Notes: a model not told the origin generated them from the sequence alone. A DNA stretch of 62,289 nucleotides from an uncultured delta proteobacterium (GCA_963804165.1 CAWDPO010000039.1:1-62289); one strand, 5' to 3'. Shown: positions 32,793-42,151, counted from the first letter of the stretch. Numbers and translations: made by a program.

Positions 32793-32996
32793 CCTATCGA
32801 TTTCCTTCCCGTGATTTTCGTCAGGTGTCATTTTTGTCAGTGTGTGGCCGCTCGTATTCTGGACCTACGGCCCAGATTTTCGACATGATCCAAGACACCA
32901 GCAGTGCTACTGCACTCGCGATCTCCTTTTCATTGTTTGGGTGGTTCGATTTGAATGAGGTTCATTCAGCGTTTCGAATTGTACGAGGGAACCGGA

Positions 32997-33011
32997 GCAA
33001 CGCATATGCCA
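32997..33011 (-). promoter_or_regulatory. Sigma-54 promoter upstream of the SDR remnant and SDR
   Basis: TGGCATATGCGTTGC; UAS pair GCCGACATAACGGC (33108) and GTCGGAATGTCGAC (33127). Confidence 0.75.
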
Positions 33012-33326
33012 GGACAGACCAATATCGGAGAACGTCTAAAAATGTGAGGAATAGGGCAATCTCAGATGTGGCAGTTTGGCTTCAAACAGATTGTGACGAC
33101 GATCCTTGCCGACATAACGGCAAGGCGTCGGAATGTCGACCTTGCTGCGGTGAGCGATGCCCAGTTTTTTTATCCGTGCTTGAAGAGTTGTGCGCCTCAC
33201 CGCACTACAGAAATCGTTGCGCTTTTCAAAAAGAAAATCACCGACGAATGTATGATTGCGAGTCCTGGCCCCCCAATTGCTCCTTCGATTGTGTTTTAAG
33301 AAAAACTACCGAAAGGAACCTCTCAA

Positions 33327-33794
33327 ATGAACGCAAGAACCTCACCATTACAAGCCACCATCGTCAGGCCCGAGCAGGCGCTGTCGATCAAGCCTTTCGG
33401 CCTCGACCTGAAAGTACTCCTCACCACGGAGGCCACCGGCGGCGCTATCTCGGTCCTCATTGGATGGATCAAACCCGGCGAAGGCCCGGGCGACCACGTC
33501 CATTTTAACCAGGAAGAAATATTCTTCATCATCGAAGGCACCTATGAGCTGACCGTCGGTGACCAGACCTCGACGGTCGGCCCCGGCACCATCGTCTTTA
33601 TCCCGCGCAACGTCGTGCACCGCTTCAAGAACGTCGGCGACACAACAGGCTGCATGCTCGACTGGAGCCTGCCGGGTGGACACGATCAATACTTCAAAAC
33701 GATCTCCGAACTCGCCGCCAGCAGCGGCCTCACCGGTGAGAAGGTGACAGAGATAAACAAGAAGTTCGACACGAAGTTCCTTGCCGCTCCCTGA
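33327..33794 (+). CDS. Cupin domain protein
   Basis: GPGDHVHFNQEEIFFIIEG, GPGTIVFIPRNVVHRFKN; AAAGGA RBS. Confidence 0.9.
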   Translation: MNARTSPLQATIVRPEQALSIKPFGLDLKVLLTTEATGGAISVLIGWIKPGEGPGDHVHFNQEEIFFIIEGTYELTVGDQTSTVGPGTIVFIPRNVVHRFKNVGDTTGCMLDWSLPGGHDQYFKTISELAASSGLTGEKVTEINKKFDTKFLAAP

Positions 33795-34045
33795 GCTGCA
33801 TGCGGGCAAGCTGCTTCTGAGCACTCCTGTCGTGAGTTTGAAGATCGTCGGCGACGGACGTCCACTCTACAACCAGGTACAGAAATTCGGGAGGATCGGG
33901 AATGTTGCGGCCCGTATGTGGAATCGGAATTTCCATATCGAGGAACGACTCCGGCTCATCGATCGGTGAGGGTTTCTTAGAGCCGACTGCCTTAATTTAT
34001 GTCTCCTTACAAACGATTCGTACCTCCGCGTCCACAATTCGCGAG

Positions 34046-35062
34046 CTACGCACCGGCTGATTGATCCGAAGCTAAAGGTCGAGCCGGCGGCGCCATGAAC
34101 TCCGGACCAACCGGGTCGGTGACAAAATCACGAACAATCTCGTCGATGGCTTTCAACGCGGCGGCATCTAACTTCCACCCGTCGATCGCCGAAACCGGCG
34201 TCAGCTGCTGCGGATCGCGGGCGCCCCAAAGTGCCACGGTGACGAAGGGCTGGTCTAGGGTCCACCGTATCGCCAGCTCGAGGACATGCTTGCCGAAATT
34301 CTCTTGCGCAAAGCGGTCGAGCCGCTCGACGGCTTGCAAATACTGCGCATAGCGGGGTTGCTGAAATTTTGGGTCAATCTTACGGACGTCGTCGCTGGGA
34401 AATTGCGTGTTCAGTTTCATTTTGCCGCTCAGCAGGCCGCGGCACAGGGAGCCGTACGTCAACGTGCTGATGCCGTGGCTATGACAGTAAGGCAGCACAT
34501 CCTTTTCAACGCTGCGCTCGAACAGATTATAAGGCGGCTGCGCGGTATGGAGAGGCGCGGCTTGCTGAAACAAGTGCAACTGTTCCAAAGAGTAATTGCT
34601 CACTCCGATGGCCCGGATCTTTCCCTCGTTGTAAAGCTGGTGTATTGCCGCAGCCGTTTCCTCGATCGGAACCAGGGGATCGGGCCAATGAATCTGATAA
34701 ATATCTATGTAATCGGTCTTTAGACGGCGCAGCGAGTCAGTAATTTCTTTCATGATCCGGGCTTTACTTGAGTTGCGATATACTTGATTGCCGCGCCACT
34801 CCAATCCGACCTTGGTCGCGATGATCACCTCTTCGCGCTTGCCATATTGCGCCAAGGCTCGACCGACGAGCTCTTCGGCGCGGCCGAGCCCATACACCGG
34901 CGCCGTGTCGAGCAAAGTCATCCCGTGCTCCAATGCTTGGAGAATGGTATCGAGCGCCGCTTGTTCATCCGTTCCGCCCCACATGAAGCCGCCGATCGAC
35001 CACGTGCCCAGTCCGATGCGGGAAACGTCGCGGCTCAATCCATTCAATGTTACGTATTCCAT
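34046..35062 (-). CDS. Aldo/keto reductase, YhdN/AKR11B-like (general stress protein 69 type)
   Basis: IGLGTWSIGGFMWGG, DTAPVYG, IATKVGL, QIHWPD, C-terminal DPVGPEFMAPP. Confidence 0.92.
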   Translation of the reverse strand: MEYVTLNGLSRDVSRIGLGTWSIGGFMWGGTDEQAALDTILQALEHGMTLLDTAPVYGLGRAEELVGRALAQYGKREEVIIATKVGLEWRGNQVYRNSSKARIMKEITDSLRRLKTDYIDIYQIHWPDPLVPIEETAAAIHQLYNEGKIRAIGVSNYSLEQLHLFQQAAPLHTAQPPYNLFERSVEKDVLPYCHSHGISTLTYGSLCRGLLSGKMKLNTQFPSDDVRKIDPKFQQPRYAQYLQAVERLDRFAQENFGKHVLELAIRWTLDQPFVTVALWGARDPQQLTPVSAIDGWKLDAAALKAIDEIVRDFVTDPVGPEFMAPPARPLASDQSAGA

Positions 35063-35105
35063 GGTACGCGGGCCTCCGAACGAATTTCTTATGGAGAAGA
35101 TCTCG

Positions 35106-35507
35106 TTACATCAAGTCGCCGTCTACGACGACAACAAAGACTCCTTCGAGTTGGTCTTTCTCTTCGACGAGGCCGCGATCGACAGCGGTCCTTCGGATAC
35201 CGAAACTGTCAAACCAGCTCGCCGCGAGAAGCTCGCCTTCCTGATTGTAAATCTCCCAATAGTCGGTCGGTCGTTCGGTGGCCACGTCGTCATAGACATA
35301 CGCCGCCACTGCACCCATCACCTCTCCTTCGATCACCCACGGGTCAAAGGAGACGAGCCTCATAGGATGCTGCTCCGGTCCAGTAACCCTTTGTTGCTCC
35401 ACGGTGTTATCGCTGAGCGGTACCTCTTGCGCTCGAACAGTGCCGTAAATCAATAACGAGCCGATGATGCTCAAGATAACGAAGTAAAATTTATACCTAT
35501 ATGCCAT
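35106..35507 (-). CDS. Exported hypothetical protein
   Basis: GAGGGAGG RBS; hydrophobic signal ending VRA; acidic beta-rich mature part. Confidence 0.7.
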   Translation of the reverse strand: MAYRYKFYFVILSIIGSLLIYGTVRAQEVPLSDNTVEQQRVTGPEQHPMRLVSFDPWVIEGEVMGAVAAYVYDDVATERPTDYWEIYNQEGELLAASWFDSFGIRRTAVDRGLVEEKDQLEGVFVVVVDGDLM

Positions 35508-35577
35508 ATCTACCTCCCTCATTTCCCGATGATCGAAATTGCGTATCCAACTGAATGATCTCTGCCGTAAGTGTGTC

Positions 35578-35592
35578 GCCAAATTCATGCCA
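35578..35592 (-). promoter_or_regulatory. Sigma-54 promoter
   Basis: TGGCATGAATTTGGC (GG-N10-GC); UAS pair GTCTGAATACCGAC (35737) and GTCGGAATAGCGAC (35755). Confidence 0.7.
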
Positions 35593-36044
35593 GCGAGCCA
35601 GTCGGGAGACCGGATGCTCATCCATGGCGAAAAAAATCGTCGCCATAGATTAGGCACGCAAGGCAAATCGTAGTGTGAGCGCCGGCGGATTTACCCGCAT
35701 CGGCTAAGTGGCAAGAAGTGTCTAATTTGATTGGAGGTCTGAATACCGACACTGGTCGGAATAGCGACGTCCGTCACAAAGGGCCGGCCAGCGCAGCGCG
35801 GCTTTATTCCTTAGCGTCGCCAATAGTCCTTATTAATCGCTCCAGCGATTGGCGCCGTTCCCTTTCCAAAAGCTCGAACGTGTTCAAAGCATAGCGCCAT
35901 GCCGGCGAAATGAACCAACGAGGTGAAGTGGTCCGCATCTTCTGCGGCAGTACGACAAATCCATCAGAACGGAATTCATGACGTTTTCGCAAGAGAGAAT
36001 CCTCCAAAATCTTGCCAGTTAACCCGTTCGTGGCGTCTTGATCG

Positions 36045-36620
36045 TTAACTGCCCGGTTGCCAGTCCCATTTTCGCGTTTCCATATCGTTGCGGGTGAAAT
36101 GTACAACGATCAGAAGGGTATAGTCATTATAATTGGTTTTGCCGATCGCCGGCGGGCTCTTGTCGACGAATTTTCCGGTAGTGCCGTCGATCGCAAAAAT
36201 TTCGACTTCAGCGTAGCCGCTGTGACGGGCGTTTTTGAATAGCGCGATCTCCGGCATAACAAAACCCAGAACTGGAACCGTAAAGGCAGGAGCGCCGACG
36301 AACGACTGCCCTTGGTCAACCGCGAGAACGGGAGCGAAGACCTTCAAGTGGAGCTGCGCTTGGTTCGGGTCCGTGGCGATTTGTACCTGTTGTCCCTGTA
36401 GCCAAGCCGTGAAGAACTCTTTGGCGAAATCTTTATCGGAGGTAAGACCGTAGAAATCGACGGTGACGGTTTTCCCCTTGAATTCGTGAGTATCCAGCGT
36501 CGCTAAAGCGCGTTCGAAGGAACTGATTAAGAGCCGTTGTTCTATGCTCGATCGCGACGTATTGCTGACTTGAGTTGACATCGCGCAGCCCATAAGCAAC
36601 GTGAAGAGGCATGAAATCAC
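36045..36620 (-). CDS. Hypothetical lipoprotein (5' end uncertain)
   Basis: LLMGC lipobox; RSSIEQRLLISSFERAL; beta-rich C-terminal half. Confidence 0.7.
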   Translation of the reverse strand: MISCLFTLLMGCAMSTQVSNTSRSSIEQRLLISSFERALATLDTHEFKGKTVTVDFYGLTSDKDFAKEFFTAWLQGQQVQIATDPNQAQLHLKVFAPVLAVDQGQSFVGAPAFTVPVLGFVMPEIALFKNARHSGYAEVEIFAIDGTTGKFVDKSPPAIGKTNYNDYTLLIVVHFTRNDMETRKWDWQPGS

Positions 36621-36721
36621 AACGAGTTTTCGCGTGGCAAAATGTCTCTTGAATCTACAGCATCACTGAACGTAGATAGCCGACTCTTCCAAGGAGAATG
36701 CTTTCATTTATTGTCGAACCC

Positions 36722-37699
36722 TTATTCGACTTTGCCCCACGTCTTGTCCGGGTCGTACTCACGCAGAGCGTTGGCCGACTCGGCCGTCTTCGGGCCAAGA
36801 TCTTTCTGATAGAGAATCCCATCTTGATCGACAATGAATGACATTATGCCCGAGTTCGCGTGTTCCGCGGGATACGCTAGGAAAGCAAAGCCGCGAGTCA
36901 TCTTGCCGTGCACGATATAATTCTTCGCACCGCCGGACGCATATTTTCCTTGCCCCATCAGGACCCGGAAGTAATAACCCTGAAACGGGCTCGGGAGCGA
37001 GCTTAGTTTCTTTGCGTAACCTTCGGAGCCGGCATAGGCCACGAGCGGTCCGATCGGACTCTCGGGTTCACGGTTGCTTGCATTCCAATACAGGCCGTTG
37101 TGCTTTCCCTGATCGCTGACGAACTTCTGTGCATACTGTTTAACGCGGTGGTCGTGGGTTTTGGCATAATACTCCTTTTGTGCGGCGACTAATTCTCGTA
37201 GAACACCGATAGTCGCAATCTCATTTCGTCCGATCCGCCGAAATAATATCTCTTCCTTGCCGGCGCTGGTATCGAAGTACCAGGCGTCCTTCCTGTTCAC
37301 GAGCGGGATCGGCATCGGCCAGTTCTCGGCGCCGATGTATATCCTGACTGTTCCGTCGGGCTCTTCGACGAGACGATTCATCCTCTGATATTTCTCGGCG
37401 AACGCGTCCCGACTTTTTTGGTCCTCCACTTTGTCGCCGCTAGAGATGATCTCCTTTCCCGCGGGTCCAAAAATTTCCAGGAGATCTTCCTCGTTGCCGG
37501 CTTGAACCGCGCGAATCAACGCTCTGCTCGCTTTGTCGGGAGATGAAAACGTTTTTTGTCCCGCCGGTTGGGCCAATAGGGTCCATACAAATGCCAGCGA
37601 CCAGGCTCCAAAGAGCGCCACGGGGATAAATTTAACGAGAGTGTCCCAACCAATTTTTTGTAGGCTGTCTTTTATGCGCATGATCCTGCTCGCCTCCAT
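36722..37699 (-). CDS. DUF2950 family protein
   Basis: QKTFSSP, WPMPIPLV, GKEEILFRRIGRNE, GLYW, GYYFRVL, YPAEH..GIMSFIV, YQKDLG. Confidence 0.85.
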   Translation of the reverse strand: MEASRIMRIKDSLQKIGWDTLVKFIPVALFGAWSLAFVWTLLAQPAGQKTFSSPDKASRALIRAVQAGNEEDLLEIFGPAGKEIISSGDKVEDQKSRDAFAEKYQRMNRLVEEPDGTVRIYIGAENWPMPIPLVNRKDAWYFDTSAGKEEILFRRIGRNEIATIGVLRELVAAQKEYYAKTHDHRVKQYAQKFVSDQGKHNGLYWNASNREPESPIGPLVAYAGSEGYAKKLSSLPSPFQGYYFRVLMGQGKYASGGAKNYIVHGKMTRGFAFLAYPAEHANSGIMSFIVDQDGILYQKDLGPKTAESANALREYDPDKTWGKVE

Positions 37700-37740
37700 T
37701 CGTTTTCTTGCATTACAATTGCGTCGCGCCCGGAAGCCGC

Positions 37741-38829
37741 TTACCTGTGACTACCGCCTCCGCCGTGACCGCCACTGAAACCGCCATGCGCTCCACCGGC
37801 GACACCTCCGCCATGCATACCGCCGCTAAAACTAGACTGCCCGCGGGCGGCATCATGGTTTGCCAAACCACCATGGTCGAATCCACTGAATGCGCCGGGG
37901 CGTTGACTCGGCTCTATCCGCGGCGCGACGAACCCGCGATCGCCTCGATGGTCGATTGCTCCACCTCGACCGCCTTCAGCCCGACCCGGGAAACCACGCG
38001 GCTGGGCGCCTTGAAAACCGGCGCCACCGCGTATTCCGCCTCTGCGGTTAATAAAGGTGTGGCTCCGGGAGAAATACCGGTTGTGATTGAAAATGACGAC
38101 CCTGTCTCGCCAGTTGCAGCCCCAATTGTGCCAACCCCAATGATAATGGCTATGCCAAAACCCGATGGGATAGCCCACATCGAACCAGAGGGCAGGGCCG
38201 ACGAAGTAATCAAAGCCGAGATATCCCGGATACGTAATCAAGGGAGCGCCATAGACGACCCAAGGATCGTACTCCGGAAGATAAACGACCTGCGGATTGG
38301 CGGGTTCGATAATTATTGTTTGATGATCGGTTGTCACGCTCTGCTGCGCCGTGGTTTTAAGAGTGCCGGCGTCCTGCGCCCGCTTGCGCATCACCTGGAC
38401 GGCGTTGAGGACATCTTGTGATTGGTTGAAATAGGCGTCTCCCAAAGCCGAAGTCCAGGAAAGATTTTTGTCCATATTGGCGAGCACCGACGGAAATTGC
38501 GTGAGCGCTTTCACGCTGGGATCCCAGGTTTGTTTATCCACCTCGCTGGCCAATTGGGCGTCCTTTAGACCGGGATTTTGTTGCAGCCATCGGTTGGCTT
38601 CGACAATCTCGGTCGGATAAGTGGCCGCCGCCAAAACCTGCGCGACCAGCTCGTCGGGATACAACGCGATGGGCGCTACCAGTTGCTGCAACTTTTCTGC
38701 AGTCACTTGCGCCGGCTGGACTGCAGACTGGGGTGTAAACGCGGTATCTTCTGCCACTACCTCACACGCGCTGAGTCCGACTATCAGAGCCCATGAAAGG
38801 GCCGATGCCATAACCCGTTTGACTAACAT
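37741..38829 (-). CDS. DUF3300 family protein with Gly/Arg-rich tail
   Basis: LVAPIALYPDELVAQVLAAATYP, WDPSVKALTQFP, VYLPEYDPWVVYG. Confidence 0.88.
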   Translation of the reverse strand: MLVKRVMASALSWALIVGLSACEVVAEDTAFTPQSAVQPAQVTAEKLQQLVAPIALYPDELVAQVLAAATYPTEIVEANRWLQQNPGLKDAQLASEVDKQTWDPSVKALTQFPSVLANMDKNLSWTSALGDAYFNQSQDVLNAVQVMRKRAQDAGTLKTTAQQSVTTDHQTIIIEPANPQVVYLPEYDPWVVYGAPLITYPGYLGFDYFVGPALWFDVGYPIGFWHSHYHWGWHNWGCNWRDRVVIFNHNRYFSRSHTFINRRGGIRGGAGFQGAQPRGFPGRAEGGRGGAIDHRGDRGFVAPRIEPSQRPGAFSGFDHGGLANHDAARGQSSFSGGMHGGGVAGGAHGGFSGGHGGGGSHR

Positions 38830-38907
38830 GATAAATCACTCTCCTTGCTCGCCAGCGGATTTTCATTGATCCTTCGCGTCCGCTGGTTGTTTCGTAAGCC
38901 CTGTCGC

Positions 38908-39282
38908 TTACCAAAAATGATCGCGCCACATTTCCCGAGTGCTCCAATCGGCCAGGTCTTGTTCACGGCGTACGGCGTTCAAGTAAGTCTCTTGCATGTA
39001 GTTAAGCACGGGATCGGCAACGCCCTGATCGTGCAACTGGGCCAACTGCGCCGCGTTCAGGCGGTAAACAGTTTTCGAGTCGCGCATTTTATTTACGATA
39101 ATTTCGGTCGGCACGTTTTCCTTGCTCATCTGAATGACCTCGCTGACCATTGCCGGCTGCTCGGATGGGTCAACGCCGAGGGCGGCACAGCCGCTCAGGA
39201 GAGCGCTGCCTGCCAAAACCATCGATAGCGCAATTCCGCGGTACCAGTGCTCTTTCACTCTTTCGATCATTTGAGACAGCAT
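38908..39282 (-). CDS. Hypothetical lipoprotein
   Basis: LLSGC lipobox; EVIQMSK..IIVNKM..LAQLHDQGVADPVLNYM; GAGG RBS. Confidence 0.8.
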   Translation of the reverse strand: MLSQMIERVKEHWYRGIALSMVLAGSALLSGCAALGVDPSEQPAMVSEVIQMSKENVPTEIIVNKMRDSKTVYRLNAAQLAQLHDQGVADPVLNYMQETYLNAVRREQDLADWSTREMWRDHFW

Positions 39283-39357
39283 TTATTCCACCTCGAAAAA
39301 TGGCAGACGATGCAGGCTCGCATCGCAACCGCCTCGCACGTTCTAATCTAGTAATTC

Positions 39358-39372
39358 GCCAAATCCATGCCA
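39358..39372 (-). promoter_or_regulatory. Sigma-54 promoter of the lipoprotein-DUF3300-DUF2950 operon
   Basis: TGGCATGGATTTGGC; UAS pair GTCGATGGGATGAC (39507) and GTCGGCATGACGAC (39525). Confidence 0.7.
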
Positions 39373-39376
39373 CGGC

Positions 39377-39402
39377 AAAAAGCCCGCCGTTGACGGCGGG
39401 TT
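39377..39402 (-). terminator. Hairpin with T-tract on the minus strand (terminator or REP-like)
   Basis: CCCGCCGT-CA-ACGGCGGG-CTTTTT. Confidence 0.55.
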
Positions 39403-39795
39403 GGAAGAGCTAGAACGCGAATCAATGCGCAAGAAATACCGAGGCTTGTGATTGCGAATCGAATCGACGGTGTCCGGCAAGAGAAGCCTGGAGAATTGGA
39501 CTGAAGGTCGATGGGATGACGGGTGTCGGCATGACGACGACGCCGTCATTAGAGACGTATTGTCTGTGAAATCCAGATTGACGCAACAACGGGTTGTCGT
39601 CGATGCGTGCTTTGCTTGGGTGAGTAGCATTGGCTAACGGGCTCAGTAACGCGCTGGCGCCCCTCCGAAAAATCTGTAGACCGCGATGCAAAGGGGATGA
39701 AGGAGGACGGTCAAAAAAAACCACTCGTGCCGCTACGCGGTTGTGATACTTGGCCTCGCGTAATCGCGATACTCAAATTGCTGTGTTTTCCGGGT

Positions 39796-39948
39796 TTAGT
39801 CTTCGTTGTAGATGCGATCCATATCCCAATTGGTGCGGTATTTTTGGCACGCGGGTTTGTCGTAACTGTCGGCGGCAAGACAGCCGCATCCGGCTAGCAG
39901 TCCCGAAACCAAAACAAATACAATCCAGGCTGATACTGAGCGGCGCAT
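39796..39948 (-). CDS. Putative very small lipoprotein (50 aa)
   Basis: MRRSVSAWIVFVLVSGLLAGC lipobox; ends WDMDRIYNED; weak RBS. Confidence 0.5.
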   Translation of the reverse strand: MRRSVSAWIVFVLVSGLLAGCGCLAADSYDKPACQKYRTNWDMDRIYNED

Positions 39949-40043
39949 TGTGATCTTTTGTTTACCTTGGAGCGATGGACCGGACATCGTAGTCTTCGTT
40001 TTTGGGTGTCTTGGAAATCCGTTTCTTGGCGACTGGGCGCCGG

Positions 40044-40259
40044 CTAGTGAGTGTACACGCTCGGCATTTCCGTCGCGTAGCCGCGCAGCTCAGAGCTGTT
40101 CTTGGATCGATCGCCGTTCTTCCCGATCTCAAAAACCTGCAAAGTCGTTCCCAGTCGGCGAGCCTCCGAGGCGCAATCCGCGCACACCTTGATGTCGAGG
40201 ACGTCGGTAACAACTCGGAACTCAGCTTCTTTGTCATTGATGCATCTTTGACATTTCAT
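40044..40259 (-). CDS. Small putative zinc-binding protein (CxxC...CxxC), 71 aa
   Basis: MKCQRC..KVCADC; AAGGAG RBS. Confidence 0.7.
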   Translation of the reverse strand: MKCQRCINDKEAEFRVVTDVLDIKVCADCASEARRLGTTLQVFEIGKNGDRSKNSSELRGYATEMPSVYTH

Positions 40260-40362
40260 TTTGATCTCCTTCACTGCTCGGGTCAGACTTGGCTTCTTTT
40301 CTCTTTAATCGGAAGTCGTGAACCGATTGTAATTTATCAGTGCTTCCTAGAGAGAGAGTGTG

Positions 40363-40377
40363 GCAAGGTTTATGCCA
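40363..40377 (-). promoter_or_regulatory. Sigma-54 promoter
   Basis: TGGCATAAACCTTGC; perfect palindrome GTCGATATATCGAC (40468) plus GTCTAGATAGCGCC (40486). Confidence 0.8.
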
Positions 40378-40534
40378 GCCTTGTTTAGCCTGCCGATGAT
40401 CAGCGCAACTCACGACGTTGTGAGATCTTAGACCGGAATGATCGCTCATTTGTGATGCAACTTCCGAGTCGATATATCGACCCATGTCTAGATAGCGCCA
40501 CGACGAATCAAGTCGGGTACGATCAAAGTAGGCG

Positions 40535-40927
40535 TCAGCAATCTCTCGTGGTGTCGAGAGCCGTATGTATCGCGCCGAGCAAGGTATCGGCGGCGAACGG
40601 TTTTTGCAGGAAGTCGATGGCGCCGGCCTTCACGGCCTGAGCTCGCGCCGACGGATCGTCGCGGGCCGTAATGAAGATCATCGGAACCCGAAATTGCCTG
40701 TTGGCCAATCGACACTGAAGCTCTAACCCGGTCATGACCGGCATGTGGACATCCACGATCAAGCAACTCGTCTTATCGAGCACATTGGAACCGAGCAAGT
40801 CCTCGGCTGATGAAAAGATCTCGGCGGCAAAGCCGACGGATTGCAAAAATCCCTTAAGAGCATCGCGGACCGATTCATCGTCATCCACTACGGTTATGAG
40901 AATGCTCGTTGAAATGGTGTCTGGCAC
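40535..40927 (-). CDS. Stand-alone FixJ-type receiver domain protein
   Basis: VVDDDESVRDAL, VDVHMP, FITARDD, LQKPF. Confidence 0.88.
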   Translation of the reverse strand: MPDTISTSILITVVDDDESVRDALKGFLQSVGFAAEIFSSAEDLLGSNVLDKTSCLIVDVHMPVMTGLELQCRLANRQFRVPMIFITARDDPSARAQAVKAGAIDFLQKPFAADTLLGAIHTALDTTRDC

Positions 40928-40989
40928 GGCTTTGTGTTTCCTATTCGGAGAGCGGAGTGAAATAATTATGTTTCGAATTAAACTTGGTG

Positions 40990-41012
40990 GAGGAGGGAAG
41001 CCGCCCCTCCTC
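40990..41012 (-). terminator. Hairpin downstream of paralog 2
   Basis: GAGGAGGG/CCCTCCTC stem. Confidence 0.45.
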
Positions 41013-41037
41013 GTTCACCGTTCCAGCGTCTCCTCTC

Positions 41038-41346
41038 TTAGTCTTCGTAGTCATGCGCCCAACGATGGTAATGATCGAGTTCCTGCTCGTGGACTTGATC
41101 CTTCCCAGTTGGATCTTCGTCACAGGGTCCGTAAAAGTCTACGATGTCGCCCTCGCTTGGGTCCTTCAGAACTGGATGATCCCCAGCCAAGGTTCTCCCG
41201 CGTATCGCGGGAAACTTCAGGTGACAGTAACTTCCCGGAGTAAGCTCTTGTTTGTAGATTACTCCATCCGCAGCCATCGCCGTGGCGGTCGCGCCTAGCG
41301 TGCCGATTAAAAGCAGGCCCGCTAAAAATGACGTTGCGATTTTCAT
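41038..41346 (-). CDS. Small secreted two-Cys protein, paralog 2
   Basis: AAAGGAGGTG RBS; signal peptide; ADGVI..SYC..KF..DFYGPC..DQ..HRWAHDYED. Confidence 0.85.
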   Translation of the reverse strand: MKIATSFLAGLLLIGTLGATATAMAADGVIYKQELTPGSYCHLKFPAIRGRTLAGDHPVLKDPSEGDIVDFYGPCDEDPTGKDQVHEQELDHYHRWAHDYED

Positions 41347-41391
41347 GATGGTCACCTCCTTTCTTTTTCATTCTTCCAACAGAGGGGTATG

Positions 41392-41406
41392 GCAAGGTCT
41401 GTGCCG
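41392..41406 (-). promoter_or_regulatory. Sigma-54 promoter of paralog 2
   Basis: CGGCACAGACCTTGC; UAS-like GTCGAGATTCAGAC at 41495. Confidence 0.75.
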
Positions 41407-41744
41407 GAGCCTGTTGAGATCAAAAAGGACTTGAGAGTTGCCGAGTTACAATTGCGCACGCATCGAGATGAGATGTTTTGCGAGAGAAAAACGTGTCGAG
41501 ATTCAGACGAACGCCATGATAGTAACTTCCAAGTTTCGACGACCGACGTGAAGACGACAGCATGTCACCAAGGTTCGATGGTGGAGAATTTTCGAACGGA
41601 GAATTTTCTTCGGCCTGAGGAAAGCGGATGAAGCGTTCTCTATCGGCTGACGTCGTCGCTTGGAATTTGTAGCGGGAAGCTTAAAGAAAAGAATGGCACA
41701 AATGTTCTTTTGCTGAACTTCACTTGACGATGGAAGGAATGGCG

Positions 41745-41770
41745 AAGAGGAGGGCCGTGGCCCTCCTCTT
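41745..41770 (-). terminator. Perfect 12-bp-stem hairpin downstream of paralog 3
   Basis: AAGAGGAGGGCC-GT-GGCCCTCCTCTT. Confidence 0.55.
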
Positions 41771-41793
41771 TACGTTACGCCGTTTACCAGCAA

Positions 41794-42096
41794 TTAATCC
41801 TCGTAGTCGTTGGCAAAACGATGCTGGGCTTCCAGTTTTTGAGCCTGGATTTGATCCTTGCCAACGGGACTCTCGTTGCAAGGCCCGTAGAAGTCGATGA
41901 CCGCGCCGGACTGATTGATGACCGGGTTATCGGTATCAAGGCTCTGTCCCGTCATCGCATGAAACTTCTCGTTACAGTAGCTATTTGTGGTCAGCTCGTC
42001 TTTCGAGATAACGCCATCCGCGCTCATTGCAGTGTTGATTGATCCGAGTGCGCCTGTGAAAAGCACGGCTGCCAAAAATGATGTTGCCATTTTCAT
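41794..42096 (-). CDS. Small secreted two-Cys protein, paralog 3
   Basis: AGGGAGGTG RBS; signal peptide; ADGVI..SYC..KF..DFYGPC..DQ..HRFANDYED. Confidence 0.85.
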   Translation of the reverse strand: MKMATSFLAAVLFTGALGSINTAMSADGVISKDELTTNSYCNEKFHAMTGQSLDTDNPVINQSGAVIDFYGPCNESPVGKDQIQAQKLEAQHRFANDYED

Positions 42097-42136
42097 ATTT
42101 CTCACCTCCCTTCTTTGCATTCTGACAACTGATAAC

Positions 42137-42151
42137 GCAACGTCCATACCA
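42137..42151 (-). promoter_or_regulatory. Sigma-54 promoter of paralog 3
   Basis: TGGTATGGACGTTGC; degenerate UAS-like pair at 42241 and 42259. Confidence 0.7.

Noticed and set aside
32771-33508. 245-aa plus-strand ORF
   Set aside because: It overlaps the cupin gene out of frame and the promoter/enhancer region, with no recognisable motifs.
35804-36106. 100-aa minus-strand ORF downstream of the lipoprotein
   Set aside because: It overlaps the upstream gene and has no motif support; a shorter TTG-started version is possible but unsupported.
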